From contig JAAILG010001215.1 in assembly GCA_012026655.1 (NCBI GenBank), forward strand, positions 1 through 64,000: a stretch of 64,000 bases of DNA, given 5' to 3'. The position numbers and the translations under genes are program-made. Positions 34,996-48,389 of this stretch are shown here, piece by piece. The notes under the pieces are model-generated. The model worked only from the letters and a program-made list of their open reading frames with translations. It did not search any database and was not told the origin of the DNA. The stretch's first letter is position 1, and every line of letters starts with the position of its first letter. This DNA is from Hydrolagus affinis. Taxonomy: Eukaryota.

Positions 34996-35086
34996 GACAG
35001 CTCCTCACTTGTCAGGGGAGCTCTACACTAAAGAATATTTAAATGCGACTGAACTGACACAAGGAAATTCATAAACTACAATGCGT

Positions 35087-35388
35087 GGAGTCCTGTATCT
35101 CAGTGGTTAGAGCACTCGCCTTACAAGTGAGAGACCTGAGTTTGATTCCCGGCAGGGCGAAACCTGGACAAGTTTCCTTACTCCACACACCTGATAATAT
35201 TGCCTCAAAAAAAATGATGAATTGATCGCTTCAATCCACAACTGTTTGTGCGACACTGCTTTGCGCAATTGGCTACCACATTTCGCCCACAGGTATATAG
35301 TCAATTCACTTTACAGTAACTGTGAAGCACATGGAGACTTCTAGAAGACGTGAAAAGTGCTATATCCATTTCAAGGGTTATTATTATT
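35087..35388 (+). mobile_element. tRNA-derived SINE, short variant
   Basis: ggagtcctgtatctcagtggttagagcactcgcc through the ATT tail. Confidence 0.92.
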
Positions 35389-36849
35389 AATATAATTAAT
35401 GTTTTCAAAGCACCCCCCTCTCTTATAGGTTTTCTCTTTCTCAGTACGTATCTCTCATTCTCAGTGTATCTCTCTCACTCTTTGACTCTGCATATTTTCT
35501 CTGCTTCTATCTGAAAATCTAATTATCTGTCACTTTCTATGATGTTTTTAACACCATCTCCAACATTACAATGTACAGACGTTTGTATTAGAAGCTTGAT
35601 TTTGTGCTCCAGCAAAAATTCCCAATGCTCACGAGCACACACAATCACTATAGATATTTTACTATTAACTGCAGATACACTCAACTAGCTTCTGAATGTG
35701 GTACATGCGCTCTTGGAAGCTGATGCTTACATCATTCCGGATATTGTTTTAAATCAAATTTCGGGATTTTTTTTTACCAGATATCTATTCCTACAATAAG
35801 GTTAAAATAATTTTAATAGTCATTATTGATATGATAGATCCACTTCTTCCAAGACATCTATATGTTCCCAGTGGGTCACATCTAACCCACATCTAACTGG
35901 CACAACCAACTAACGCTCTTTGACCTATAAGGTGGGTATTTTAAGTATCAAATGAACCCAAATGTCTGCAACATCCTTCCCTCTCTTGTGATCTCTCGCA
36001 ACAACACTTTTAGCATTGTTGTAAAATATCAGCAAATTCTTCTGCGTCATTTTCCTTCATGTGCAGGAAGACTCAGCTACGCTTTTATCAGATTCTCTCT
36101 GACCATAACTCTAATCATCAACAAAAAAGATCTGCAGAGCAGCTGAAAGGCTGAGAAGCCTGTCATTTTTTTAATGCAAACTCCAGCTATGCAAATAACA
36201 CCAACTTTCACTTTTACAGAACCTTTCACATCGGATGAATATCTCAAAGCACTTCATACAGAAGAAAGGAAGCACTGAGCAACGAGGAGAGGTAGCAAAA
36301 TTTAAGGGTGTTGATCAAACGCACGGGCAAAGGGATAGATTTTTAAGCAGGTTTTGAAGGCAGAAAGATAAAAATAGCAAGGCAAAAGGTTTTGGGGAAA
36401 GAGTTCCACAAAGTGATGACACAGTTGATAGCTTGATCACTGATAGTATGACGAGAGTGAGGAACAATGAGAGTGAGGAACAAACAATACATCAGAATCA
36501 GAAGAGTTAAACAGGAGGAGAGACAGTCTATTGATATAGGTCCCCCAGGGTTCTGTTCCTCAAATGCTCATAAGGTATAGTACTCCTAAAATGTTTCAAC
36601 TTGTCCATTAGTATTGGGCTTGTTGCAAAGAAGCTTAATACTTTGGTGCTTTCAAAACTACGAAACTAACTTACAAATGGAATTAGATCCAAAGCATTAC
36701 AATCTTTTCTCTCCCAAGCATGTGCTGTATGTGTGTGATAACAAGGTTTACACATAAATCAAATTCCCTTGTGGTTTGATCATAGTCTAAATTGAGAACT
36801 TATCTCTTCCAGAACCTTTTTAGAAAGACAACAAATAACTGGAACCTCT

Positions 36850-37610
36850 TCCCATGCAGTCCTTGGGGGGTTGCAGTGGACACTAACTTTTGTTTGGACA
36901 TTGACCTGAATAACTGAGCAGAGAAGGGGCAAAAGACAATCTAGTTATGCTCGACTCTCTTCAAGGACAGCAAGTTCTCAATGCAGGTTAAGCTTGTGGC
37001 ATATAAGACCTATGTGCAAACAGTCCTTTTTTAATGTTCTGAGCTCCCGAGGATGCAGGGGAGAGGCTTTGGCCAAACATTTATTGAAGACCAGGATCAA
37101 GCAGTGAGGTGGATTTGTGGAAAACACCAGAAGTGCCTGGAGGGAGGAAGAGCACTGACCTACACTGATTTGTCAATGAGCACACTGGTGGCAGAGACAG
37201 CATCTCAGTGGGCATATCTGTTTGCCGAAGCCCTGGATTAAGCAGTCAGTGTTGAGTAAATCTGGAATGTGGTATTGGACTTGGACCTTGAGAACAACAG
37301 GTGGCTAGCATGTCATAAGGTATCCTATAAAGGCCTTCCCATCATGTTGAAGGCAAATGTCCATCAGAAAGCCTTATGAAGAGACTCCTAGCTTTGAGGC
37401 AACAGTTGCTGGAAGATGTTACCTGAAGACTGAGTTCATAAACATGTGTTTGTATATCCAGGCCTTTGAATCCACCTTGATTGGTTTGCAGAGAGGTGAT
37501 CAGCTGCTGCTCATATCCGCATCTCCAACTGGTGGAACCATCACTCAATGTGTGTCCAAGCTGTGGGCAGGAAGATATGATTGCAATGCTCTCACTCAAA
37601 TACAGTATTA
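36850..37610 (+). mobile_element. Old non-LTR retrotransposon RT C-terminus, RTE-like
   Basis: VAVDTNFCLDIDLNN*AEKG, then LFKDSKFSMQVKLVAYKTYVQTVLF*CSE (36957-37043), compared with RTE KLxxYKxxVxxxLLYGSE. The 3' boundary is approximate. Confidence 0.55.
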
Positions 37611-37879
37611 AGCTGTGCTGCCACCAGACAACTTTGCTAGGCTAACATTCACTTGTTTTGTGTTCCACTGTATTACAATTGTAGCCCTTAACTTCCCTGG
37701 AGTCACTCTGTGTCTGATCAATTGATATTTACTTATTGCAATGTCAAACTCATGCTCACTGGTACTTATTTACAAATCAACTATGTGACAGTTCTTGTAA
37801 GTCAAACATATCCAGTGTGTTATGGAAGTTGCAGTCTTCAATCATGCATTTGGGAGCCCAGGGCCTAACAATTAACCAC

Positions 37880-38200
37880 AACAAGTTGCACTTATTTAGC
37901 GTCCTCCAATCAGGGTAGCATCTCAGGGCAGTTAATAATGGGGAAGCCTGACTATGAGCCAAGGGGGCAGGTGGCCGTAAGAGGAATATTTTCAGTTGGG
38001 ACTGAAAAAGGAAACAGACGTGGCAAAGAGGAGAGAGTGCTCCAGGGTTTTGGGGTTTAGAAAATGATCTCTAATGGTGGGGCGGAGGATGCAAGGAGCG
38101 AGCAGGAGGCTGATGCCAGTTGAGCGGAGGCGCTGGGTGGTGGACTGCGGAGTGAGGAATGGGTGTAGACATGTGGGGTATAAACAATGGCACAGACTGG
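37880..38200 (-). mobile_element. L2 LINE 3' fragment (old)
   Basis: Tail caacaagttgcacttatttagcgtc; similar to 4262-4675. Confidence 0.65.
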
Positions 38201-38274
38201 ATGAGTTGAGGACCAGCAGACTTGTTGGGCCTGTTTACATGCCGTAGATGTTTTGTAATTAACTTCGCAAAACA

Positions 38275-38842
38275 AGAAGTAAGCTAATATTCATGTCTTC
38301 ATCACTGCCAGGCTTCATTACTCCAAACTTGCTTGCCAGACTCTCCAGCTCCTCCCCACACTCGCTGCAGACCATCCAGAAGTCATGTTCTCTCCCATAT
38401 GAGAATATCAACCCCAATCTTGCTCAGTTCTCCTGACTCCCCATCTCCAAATGGATCAAATTCAATATCCTTATCCTCACATTCAAATCCCTCCACAGCC
38501 TCAACTACCTTATTTCAGCAACCTGCTCCAACCATACCTATTCAGCTGCTGCCCCCACACCACAAACATTGGCCTAATTTAATGATCTGCCCCACCAACA
38601 GTGGACACGCTTTTAAGCATTCTACCCCTTTCTCAGGGATTTCAACTCAGATTGTGTCTAATTTGTCTCTTTGAAGATCACTTTAAGACTTATTTTACTT
38701 GGGTTTTCATAATTTTTCACCCTCCCCCAATTCTCTTCAGCTCCTCTCTCCCCCTCCAGCTCGGGGACCCAGCCAGCTGTATAAAGCACTTTGAGACATC
38801 CTCTCAACGTGAAAGGCACTATATAAATGTAAATTGTATTGT
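38275..38842 (+). mobile_element. L2 LINE 3' fragment (old)
   Basis: ttcatcactgccaggcttcattactccaa (RLDY-like) through gtgaaaggcactatataaatgtaa tail. Confidence 0.7.
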
Positions 38843-39402
38843 AATATTAACTAAGTGCAAAAGGCAATGGGGGTCTATTTTATGCTGATCACTAAAAATC
38901 CCATTATAAAGAAATCCCGAGGATATCATTTTTCGCGATCAGAGTGAGATAGATTCCACTATTTACCAGTATTTGAAGAAAAGAGTTAATTCAGACATTG
39001 ATATTTTTGCAGTCCTTTGCAGAATTAATAAGTAAGAACCTCAGATCTTTAGATACAGGAATGCAGCTCTGGATGCAAATTCAATGAGGCACAGTAGCAT
39101 TGCTCAGTCCAGACTTGCAGAGCCACTTGATAACTGAAATGTCTTACCAGTTTCCTTCACATAAGAAAGAACTAAAGATCATTTTCCAATTACCCCTTTT
39201 TGAGCTGCACAACTCTTTGATCTCAGGAACTTCTCTTTGAAGATGGCAGGTCAGATACCCCTTTAAAGAACGTGATTACATTAGAACAATGGTCTTCTAG
39301 GTCTGGTGTGGAGTGCAGCACAAAAACCTGATTAAATGAGCTGAGAGTATCTGGAGCTTATTAAAATACAATCAATCCCATGCTTTGGAAGGCATGCATT
39401 AA

Positions 39403-39741
39403 GGGGGAAATTTTTCCCCTAAAACTCTCAAACGCGATAACCGTGATTGATAGGAAAGTGTTTTACACCTCAGTTATGTAAAATATAACGCTTAAGTGAC
39501 AAAGCCAGTCAGGATTTCCCAGTGCCTGTGATTTTAACCCCTTACTGTCTGAATGAATGCTGATGGTATTATTTTATTTTAAAATAATTGAAAACTGTTA
39601 CTGATGTTACAGTTTTGACACTTGTGCTAAAACATTTCTGAATGAATATTTCAGTACAAATAGTGTGGAAATTAGAAAGAATCTCCATTTGCCAAAATTG
39701 AGGCACAAAAACCTTCTCAAATATCGATCCCAATTTACCCC
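39403..39741. mobile_element. Putative MITE (339 bp) flanked by TTAA
   Basis: TTAA-gggggaaattt ... caatttacccc-TTAA, termini 9/11 inverted. Harbinger versus Kolobok type unresolved. Confidence 0.45.
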
Positions 39742-41235
39742 TTAAAGGATTTATGTGGACTTTATCAAGCACACTATTGCAAATATAAAGCATTTATTGG
39801 CTGCAGTCTACTTTCATTTGCCTTCTTATTCCCTCCAGTACAGCATTGTGCTCTCTTACACCCTACATTTCAGATGGTGGAGTATTGTGGAGTGGAATTC
39901 TTGCTATTTATCTACCCGACTTCACGTTTTGTGCATACACAACTCAACACGTATAAACCAAAAAATGGGACCTCAGTTTTCTTAATTTCATTAAAGAGCC
40001 GAGACGATTAATCATGTTAAAAATATGTCTCATGAATGATCTTGGGCTGTCTCACTTATATAGTGGCAATCTCACAAATGCCAAAACCACTTCCTCAATG
40101 GTCTCAACAGTAGAGTTCCAATACAATTTGCTTCCAATTTTGCTGCTTAATCCCAATAAAGAAACACAGAATAAATTAACCTCAATTACCTTTATATGTT
40201 TCACTTATTACTACTCTTTGTTTCCTCATAACCTTTAAATTATTTTGTTCGTCCATTACATTTGTTTCTGACTCCTTATTCAGCCATTACAGACTTGATG
40301 TTCCCATTATAACAGACTCTGCGTGCCTGAAAGTACCTGCTAAGCAATAAAATATAAGTAGTTGTTGAAGTTGTTGTCACTCCAAAGTGGCCTTGTACTG
40401 TACCTGAGAAGAGTGAAGTCTGGACAGTATATACTGAGCAATATGCTAAACTCCCTTCTGTCCTGGGATTGGATGGAGAAGGGGATGTGAGCTGGGGAGA
40501 ACAAATGAACCTTGTAGCTGAGTCTCATGATCAGGATGATGCTTATCCCGTTACCCCCAACATCTTCTATTGAAATCCCTCCTTTTCCTTAATATTCATG
40601 ATATTTTCTTCTTCCTTTTATTCCTGATCTCCCTGTGCCTGTTTTCCTTTCCCTTTTTCCCGGTATCCCTTTGTGCTTTCTCTTGTGCTCTCCTCACATT
40701 TTCTTTGATCCAATTTCTTTTTCCTTTTGCCTCATCTCCAGTTGAGTCGATTCTCTGCCAGGACTGACAAAACAATGTTTCCCCAACAAAAGCATTTCAC
40801 TATCCACCACTAAGTTCCCTCTGCAAACTCTGTTCGAGCGAACAGCAGATAAAGATTGCACAACTGAGTGGTCTTGGTCTAACCAATGAAATTGCCAATT
40901 TATTATTTTTACACACACAACTAAAATATATGAATTCTCAAGGTTTTTTTTTCAAATTTGCATAGAAAGCCACAATTATAGCTGTTACCAACACGTAATT
41001 GGCTAACTATAGATGGAAAGCAGAGACTGGAGACTTTATTTATAACAAAGAACACGTTGAAGACTTTATTTCTAATAGAGAACAGCAGCCCCTGGTGAAT
41101 GCAGTAATAGTGTTTCAAGATCCACCCCATGAGGTAGTGAGGCCTTGTAATGCATTGAGGAGGAGCAGGCATTGCACTGTAATGATAGGTGATTTAAGTT
41201 CAATTTGTTCACCTACTCTTGCAGAATCACGCCTG

Positions 41236-41260
41236 ATATATATATATATATATATATATA
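41236..41260. repeat. (AT)n microsatellite
   Basis: Pure AT dinucleotide run. Confidence 0.95.
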
Positions 41261-41519
41261 CATAAAAGAGCTGTGACTACAAGTCTTTGTGCAAGCCACA
41301 GTGCAATAGAATATTATACTAAACAAAGACCCTGCATCCTGACTGTTGGAAGTTTTTATTGGCTCACTAAACAATATAAGTGGGAGGAAACCTCCAGGCA
41401 AACTCATTCAACCTAACCTAAAGAACATATGACAATAAGCAATTGTCAATACAAAGTTAAGCTAAGTTATGGCAGGCATCCATGTTCACTCCTACTTATG
41501 AAGTAACATGAGATTTTTT

Positions 41520-41700
41520 GGTTAGCCCAGTGGCTGACACATTGTGAAACCTATTACCGTGCTCAAGAGCATGCAAACCAGATCACTGTCTGACAAGCTT
41601 CCCACTGCTTGTCCAGCTGGGATCATCCTCCCCATAACAGCTTTGGCTTGCACAGTTAAGAGGAGATAAGTGAAAAGAATCCCTGCCCCAGAGCAAGGGA
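41520..41700. repeat. Unclassified dispersed repeat, copy 2 of 3
   Basis: cactgtctgacaagcttcccactgcttgtccagctggg...gctttggcttgcacagttaagaggag...gaatccct. Confidence 0.7.
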
Positions 41701-43912
41701 TTGCCGTGTCCCTCAGTCCTGCTGATAAGCCAAGGTGGTTGATCTGTGAGAGCAAAGCTTAGATTACTGTGAGCAGCGTGGATTCGCTGTGGAGCACATC
41801 AACTTGGAGCTGACATAGTTCAAAGGAGACAACATTTACTTCCCTTCAAAAAAAATTATGATTATAATACACTATTCACTTGGTGTAAAGTATTTTGAAT
41901 TCCACATTTTCATTATTTGCACAGAATGCTCAGTTTGAATAGTTTTTTCTAACCTTGAGGGTTTTAAATCAATAATTTTAAATATTTCTAAAATGCTCTT
42001 CTATAACTCCGCTTTCTGCGTGTGCTCTTTCAGCAATCTTGTTTAGTTCCGCTGTTTGACTCGCAAATAATTACAAGAAATGTTGTTATGGACTTGAGAC
42101 TTTTCTTTCTGTACTTTTACCTCAGGTACAGCAGGTATTCGTCTATCATCTAGGGTAGCAAAGGGTAACGGGCAGGTTGTCAACCATCATCTACAGCAGC
42201 AAAGGGTAATAGGGGAAGTCTACCACCACTATCTGTCACTACTATGTTCGTGATAGAGTAGAAGAGAATGAGAGGATATTGGAGAGACAGAATATGAAGA
42301 TAAAGAAAGCTGCAATAGAACATGGAATGAGGTTCAAAGTTCAAGTGGCAGTGACAAAGCTGCATGTTAAACAATCACTAATATTACAGCAGGATAGCAA
42401 ATTATGCAATATCAGATGTTCTTTGATGTGAATTGGCTGTATATTATAAAATTATTCTATTTCAGTATATGCAACAATTGAATCCATTCATCCCATCAAG
42501 GCCATTCAACAGCTTTATTAGATTATAGCAGATGTTTCAATCTTATTTCTCTGCTTTTCTCTATATTAAATGTCATGCACCTTGGGATGTCCTCCTGACT
42601 AAAAATACATTGTATAGCAATATAAATCTGTATTGTATCCCTGCAGAGCAAGAATAACCTGGCCAGGTGACAGAAATGGTCACTCCATTTCAATGCTTCT
42701 CAACATCATTACATTCATATTTCCTCAGCACAGGATCAGGTATTGGGCAGTGATATTTGATAAAGGGAAGGAGCCAGCTCACAGTGTCACCTTAGGTGGG
42801 AAGTGTCAGAAGTCAATACAGAAGTGCAGAGCAAATAGAGGACTGAAGGGGCGGATTCTGAAGAAGCAGGGCCTGCAAGACTGGCTGGCTTTCAAAAGGA
42901 AACGCCTACAGTGTCAGGATTCTGTGATAAAGCTGGTATCCACATTGATGAGTCTGAAGGCATAAGAATGATTTATGAGACCAGAAATATGAGGAAAGCC
43001 CTACCATAAAAGGGCAGCAATATATAAACTCACAAGGCTAACAGCTTCGGGCTTTATTCCACCACATCCATTGATCATACAGAAGATCCTCTCTGGAATG
43101 CTCCAGGAGATTCAATGGAAGGGCTGAAATTACATGTCCAAGAATCCTTGAGGACTGGAATGGATTTTCAGGATGAGAAGTTGCCCTCACCTGGATTTCA
43201 AAGGGATTTCTGAAGCTTTGCAGATGTCCACTGGTCTGTTTTACTTTATATCAAGAAACATTTCGGGGTAGCGGAGCTTGCCGGGGAGAATAGTGGAGCA
43301 GCAAATGGGGAGTGCACTCAGTACACTTTCAGGTGTACACAAGGTCTGCAGCAGCTCTGAGCCTCGGTGATGTGACCCACACTCTGTGTCTGCATATGAC
43401 AAAGCTGCAGTCATTGCTGTGCCAGTTTGCACTGACCTCAGAGACAGTTGGCGCTACCAGGATCAACCTGTCAGGACCTACAATAGCTCCTCATTCATAA
43501 TAAGTGGCAATCTTGCTGCTTGGAGGGGATGGGTTGGGGCCCAAAGCACAGGTTGTAGCAGCAGATGGAACGAAGGTGGCACTCGCAAAAACTGGAGGCA
43601 CAGTACATTGCACTATGTTATTTGAGTAAAATTAATTTATTGTGATTCTTTTCAATTGATAAATAAAAAAAAGTCATTTCTAATTAGGCTTCATTTGTTT
43701 TGCATCATGGAAAGCAAAAAGAATCGAAATTTGTTAACTCATTGTCATTTTTACAACCAGTAAAAAATGAATAAATCGGTCTGTTGTTTTTTTTCTGTCA
43801 CTTTTTCTTGCACTCGCTATATATGTCTTTATTCTCTCTTTTTCTAATGTTGCTTATTGTTAATTTCCTGATTTTCGTGTGTTTTTGCTTTCATTTCCCT
43901 TATTCCTGTAAA

Positions 43913-44292
43913 GAGTCCTGCAGTTCAATGGTTAGAGCACTCGCCTCCACGTGGGAAATCTGGGTTTGATTCCAAGCCAGGCAAAATGTTGGGTAAGTTT
44001 CTTCACTCCATAAGCTTCTGTTTACCAAGCAGTAGAAATCTGGTTGTTAATCAATTGGTGGATTGGTTTTCCAGGGATAATTTCTTCAAACAATACTAAA
44101 TAAATAAATAATAAATTGGTCACATCAATCCACGCCTGTTTGTGAGACACTGCTGTGTGCAATTAGCTGTCATATTTTGCCTACAAAATATACAGCCAAT
44201 TAATTTTACAGTATATTCTCTTAAGCGCTTTCATCATGACATTCAGAAGACGTGATGATGCACTATATCAAATGCAAGGGTTATTATTATTA
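43913..44292 (+). mobile_element. tRNA-derived SINE, long variant
   Basis: Complete from head to tail; attcctgt at 43902-43909 and 44295-44302 is a probable TSD. Confidence 0.9.
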
Positions 44293-44684
44293 CGATTCCT
44301 GTTTATCCCTATGATATAGTCTTCTCCAGTTTTCCCAGTGTTTTCTGTTTTCTTCATTGTATTTTTCTTCCATTTTCCTGAGCTCACTGTTTTCCCCTGT
44401 TTCCTGGTTTCCCCTTATCTTTTTCTCCTTTCCGTTTGTTTACAATGTATACCTCACTGGGTGTTCTGATTCCTTTTTGCTCTTATTTTGCTGCATATTT
44501 TTCCTATTTGTTATTTTTAAGCCTTTTCCTCCATGTCTCTTTCATTATCACCCATGTAAGTTTCCTTCTTTTTCCTGGTCCGCCATTTCCTACATTGCTA
44601 TATTCCTAGTTTTCCTGTTTTCTCCTTTATTCTGTATTTTTCCTAATCACCTCATCTTTATTTTTTGCTGTTTTATAGTATCCA
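44293..44684. repeat. Low-complexity T/C-rich tract
   Basis: Strong pyrimidine bias. It continues at ~43780-43910 and ~45290-45380 on the far sides of the SINE and L2 insertions. Confidence 0.85.
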
Positions 44685-45285
44685 TGTTTCCTTAGGGCTC
44701 TGTCCTCAGTTCCCTCCTCTTCAACCTCTACATGCTCCCCCTTGGTGGAATCATCTGCAGACATGGAGTAAATTTCCACACCTCTGGCACTGGCAGCATC
44801 AGTATCCACAGATGCACACTCCACCTAACCAAGCCAGTCAGGATCCTGGATGTCTTGTTTGACCCTGAACTGTCCTTTCTCCCCCATATCCATGCCATGA
44901 CCAGCATCGCTTTCCACCACCTCCGCAACATCGCCTGTCTCCTCCACTGCCTCAGCCCTCAGGCTGCTGAAACACTCACACATGCGATTGTCACCTCAAG
45001 GCTCAACTACGGCAACTCCCTCTTTATCGGCCTCCTCAACACTTCGCACTCCTCAACTCCCTTCACAAACTGCAGATCACCCAAAACTCCGTAGCTCGTG
45101 TCCTCTCCCATGTCCTCTCAGGTTCTGTGATCCCACCACCACACCCTCGTCCAGCTCCACTGGCTCCCCATTTCTCAGAGGACCGAATTCAAGATCCTCG
45201 TCCTCACTTTAAAGGCTTTTCGTGGCCTTGCCCCCTCCTATCTCTCTGACCTGCTGACCCCCTATCAACCCTCCCTCCGTTCCCT
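44685..45285 (+). mobile_element. L2 LINE RT fragment
   Basis: GSVLxxLLFNLYM-like start, then LFDPELSFLPHI...SRLNYGNS, ctccactggctccccat, ttcaagatcctc. Confidence 0.92.
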
Positions 45286-45859
45286 CTTTTCCCCATCGCC
45301 ATTCGTGTTTCTTTCATCTTTTTCCATTTTAACTTTTTTTCCCTCCCTTTTCCAGGTTTCCTGTCCTTTTCTTTACTCTGCTCCTATAATCCATGCCTGA
45401 GCGAATGTGAAGTGGATTTTACAATAATTGTTCTGAGTATTCAACATGTTGTAGGTTGTAGGTCCAACATCTATTTCGCTTATGATCCAAAGTGTTGAGT
45501 CAACATCTTGTATTTCCATAATTTAGCTTTGCAATACTAAATGTGTTCTCAGAAATATTTCCAAAGTACAGTAACAGGATTAGTCGTACCCGCACTCCAA
45601 CAGAATGCCACATGGGTTGCAGTGGGTGAAAATCTTTATATTTGTTTTCATGTACCTTGCACTACTATGGGCAAATTATTTATAGCGTTAAAATGGTAAA
45701 TGCTGCTCCCAACATTTGAGCAGAACTCTTACTTATCAGCAACTTTTGATTTAGCTTCCATGATTGTGTTGCTCTAGCATTGTGTCAAACTGGCATTCAT
45801 GGTAATGCAGCATTTTGAATTTCCTGTATAGCCAGATCTAGCAAGCTACCTGTCATCAC

Positions 45860-46031
45860 TGTAGGATTATGCTAATCACTATGCCCTTATATGTAGATGC
45901 ATCGGTTATAGCACCTTCTCGTGACCACTGTGGTAGCACATGCAATTCCATGTGCTACCACAGTGGTCACGAGAAGGTGCTATAACCGATACATCTACAT
46001 ATAAGGGCATAGTGATTAGCATAATCCTACA
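45860..46031. repeat. Near-perfect 172-bp palindrome
   Basis: Arms 45860-45942 and 45949-46031 (83 bp, one mismatch at 45900/45991) around caattc. Confidence 0.98.
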
Positions 46032-47777
46032 ATCACTAGTGCAAAGCTACGAGAAACAACTATAGCTAGTGACAGCCTGGTGGTAGGATACAATTACATT
46101 CTAATCCTGAATTATGTGTCAGAAATGGGTGGGACATTTCCTCTAACATTACATCCATTACGCTACCTCCTACATTTGAAAACTCCAAAGGCATAAAAAA
46201 AATAGTTCTGACAGTCATCTCAATTACCCTCTCATTGTCTTTACATAGAAATGTGATAGTTGCAGAAAGAGTTATTGATTTTTTTCTTGCTCATTGCAAA
46301 TGAAAACATTATGAATGAGTACCAAACAGTAATTATTTCCAGCCAGCCAAAACTGTTTTAAGTTTCTGTTTCTAACAAATCAAAATATACTAGGAAGACT
46401 ATGCTGACTACACAAAACAGAATTGCAACATTTTTTCTCATATGCTTATAAATGTTAGCTTGCAGAATGAATGTTCCCAGTTTTACACCAGAATAGTCGG
46501 ACATGAAAGAGGTACTGTCTGTAGCGATCAGCAAGGAGACTGGATATTGTCACTATTATAGACATGCAACAGAACTACCATTGTGTTCTAACAATATTGC
46601 CGGCAATAAAGCTACTACTATTCGCCGTGTCATCAATATCATTTAATGTCCAATTTCCCTGCAAACTAGACTAAATGATGGATTTTCCAGTTTCCTCTTG
46701 ATTTGTATAAATTGTATTAACTATAGTAAAGTTAATTTATAACAGATTTAAACTTATGAACAATGCTCATTGAGCTTGTAGTAGTATATTACAGCAATTT
46801 CATCAGTACTGGCCAAGAGGGCTGTGTCTGGAGATAAAGTTTAACTGAATCGTACAATTAGCCTCACGTAAATGCATACAAGCAGTTGGGGATTTTACTT
46901 GTCAGCAGTGCTGGTATTGAATTTCAGATGGTCCGATGTTAAATTGAAGATGTTAAACATGAAACCAACTTTAGATTTAGGCATGTTTTGATGTTCGTAT
47001 TAAGATATCCCTACATCAGGTGCTCTTACTGTATTTTTTTCTGAAAGAAAGGAACAATCATTTGCCCGGCCCGCCTTATCTTTGTACAAAATAAAAGCTT
47101 TCTCCTGAAAAGATCAAGCATTTTAGTTTAGCATCTGGTTACATGCTAACAATGAGGTGTATTGAAGCCAGTTCTGAGAGGAGACATCGTCAAATAGGCA
47201 TTTTTACCTATCATAACTACACGATGGAAAAAAAATCTATGTTGTGAAATGGGAAAGAAATCAAAGCACCATCTGTAAACAAAGGCAGAACAGTATAAAT
47301 GTGCAGGGGATTTTTTTTGCTTCTAATTTTAAACCTTTACTGATTTCTATACTCAGATTTTTTAAAGAGGTAAGGTACTCTTCAGGGGCTGCATTTCAAA
47401 TAACACACATTGATGTTAACAATGTTTTTAAATGCAGCTACGAGGTTTAATCCCAGCCTTTTATTTCACATAGGTTCATTCATCACATTAAAATGGTGGC
47501 AAATTGAATTTGCATCCTCCAATGCCCCACTCTCGATTTATGCAGTGCTGCTTGTGGGAGGTGTCAAGCTGATGCAAGGCATTCCAGCATAGAAAGGGAA
47601 GCTGGGAACACCAGTCACCCAGTCAGGCCATTGCCAATGTTACATACCTGCTATTATACAGCTCAACAGTGAAACAGGCAGAGGCTGAGAGCAAATCACC
47701 AGCCTGAAAATGCCACAAGAGAACACAAAGGAAGGTGAAAATAGTTGAAATGGTGAAGAAACGTACAAAAATAAAAA

Positions 47778-47888
47778 ATAATAATAATCCTTTCATTTGA
47801 TATAGCGCCTGATCACGTCTTCAAGACGTCTCAAAGTGCTTCACAGAATATCCTGTAGAGAATTGACTGTATATTTTGTGGGTGAAAA
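47778..47888 (-). mobile_element. tRNA-SINE tail fragment
   Basis: aataataatcctttcatttgatatagcgcc...gacgtctcaaagtgcttcacagaata. Confidence 0.8.
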
Positions 47889-48389
47889 TAAAATAATATT
47901 AATGTTTCCCATTCCTCTCTTGTTGTGATGGTTTTGACATTGAGTGAATTCAAAGTTCACAGTCATCACCAGTGAATTGTGTTGGATATCAGACTCACAC
48001 AGTGGGCCTATTTACATGAGGTTAATAATGCCGGCTTCGATGTCGGTTAAATTAACCCCACTGGAGAAATAACAAAAAAGGAGATTGTGGCTTCCTTGCA
48101 TGCCGTTGATGTTTTATTGACTACTGTACCTTAAAAAGATTTGTCAACAACAATTCTCGGCAATATCGATATATGTCATGATGAAATATAGAATAATGGT
48201 TACGATGTTGAGTCTCTGCAGATAGCTGCAGCATAGTATGTCTTTTATGTCCTCCGTCATTCAGTGCAAATAGTGGGCATTCATTGTGAAAGTCACTGTG
48301 CACATAGCAATCAAATCCACTGCTGGTACACTGCAGAATTAGCCCTTCAAACTAAAAAAAACCTAAGCAGTAAATTAGTCAACATCAAA

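Noticed and set aside
36453-36483. Tandem gagagtgaggaacaa duplication
   Set aside because: An ordinary slippage duplication inside an old LINE remnant.
42630-43620. GC-elevated stretch, possibly a Harbinger Myb/SANT ORF remnant
   Set aside because: No motif that I could align convincingly; left uncalled.
44357-44695. Phe-rich 112-aa ORF resembling a membrane protein
   Set aside because: A translation artefact of the T/C low-complexity tract.
45901-45919. atcggttatagcaccttct resembles a head-to-tail junction of miR-29a and contains its seed
   Set aside because: The order is permuted and there is no mir-29 precursor context; likely coincidence.
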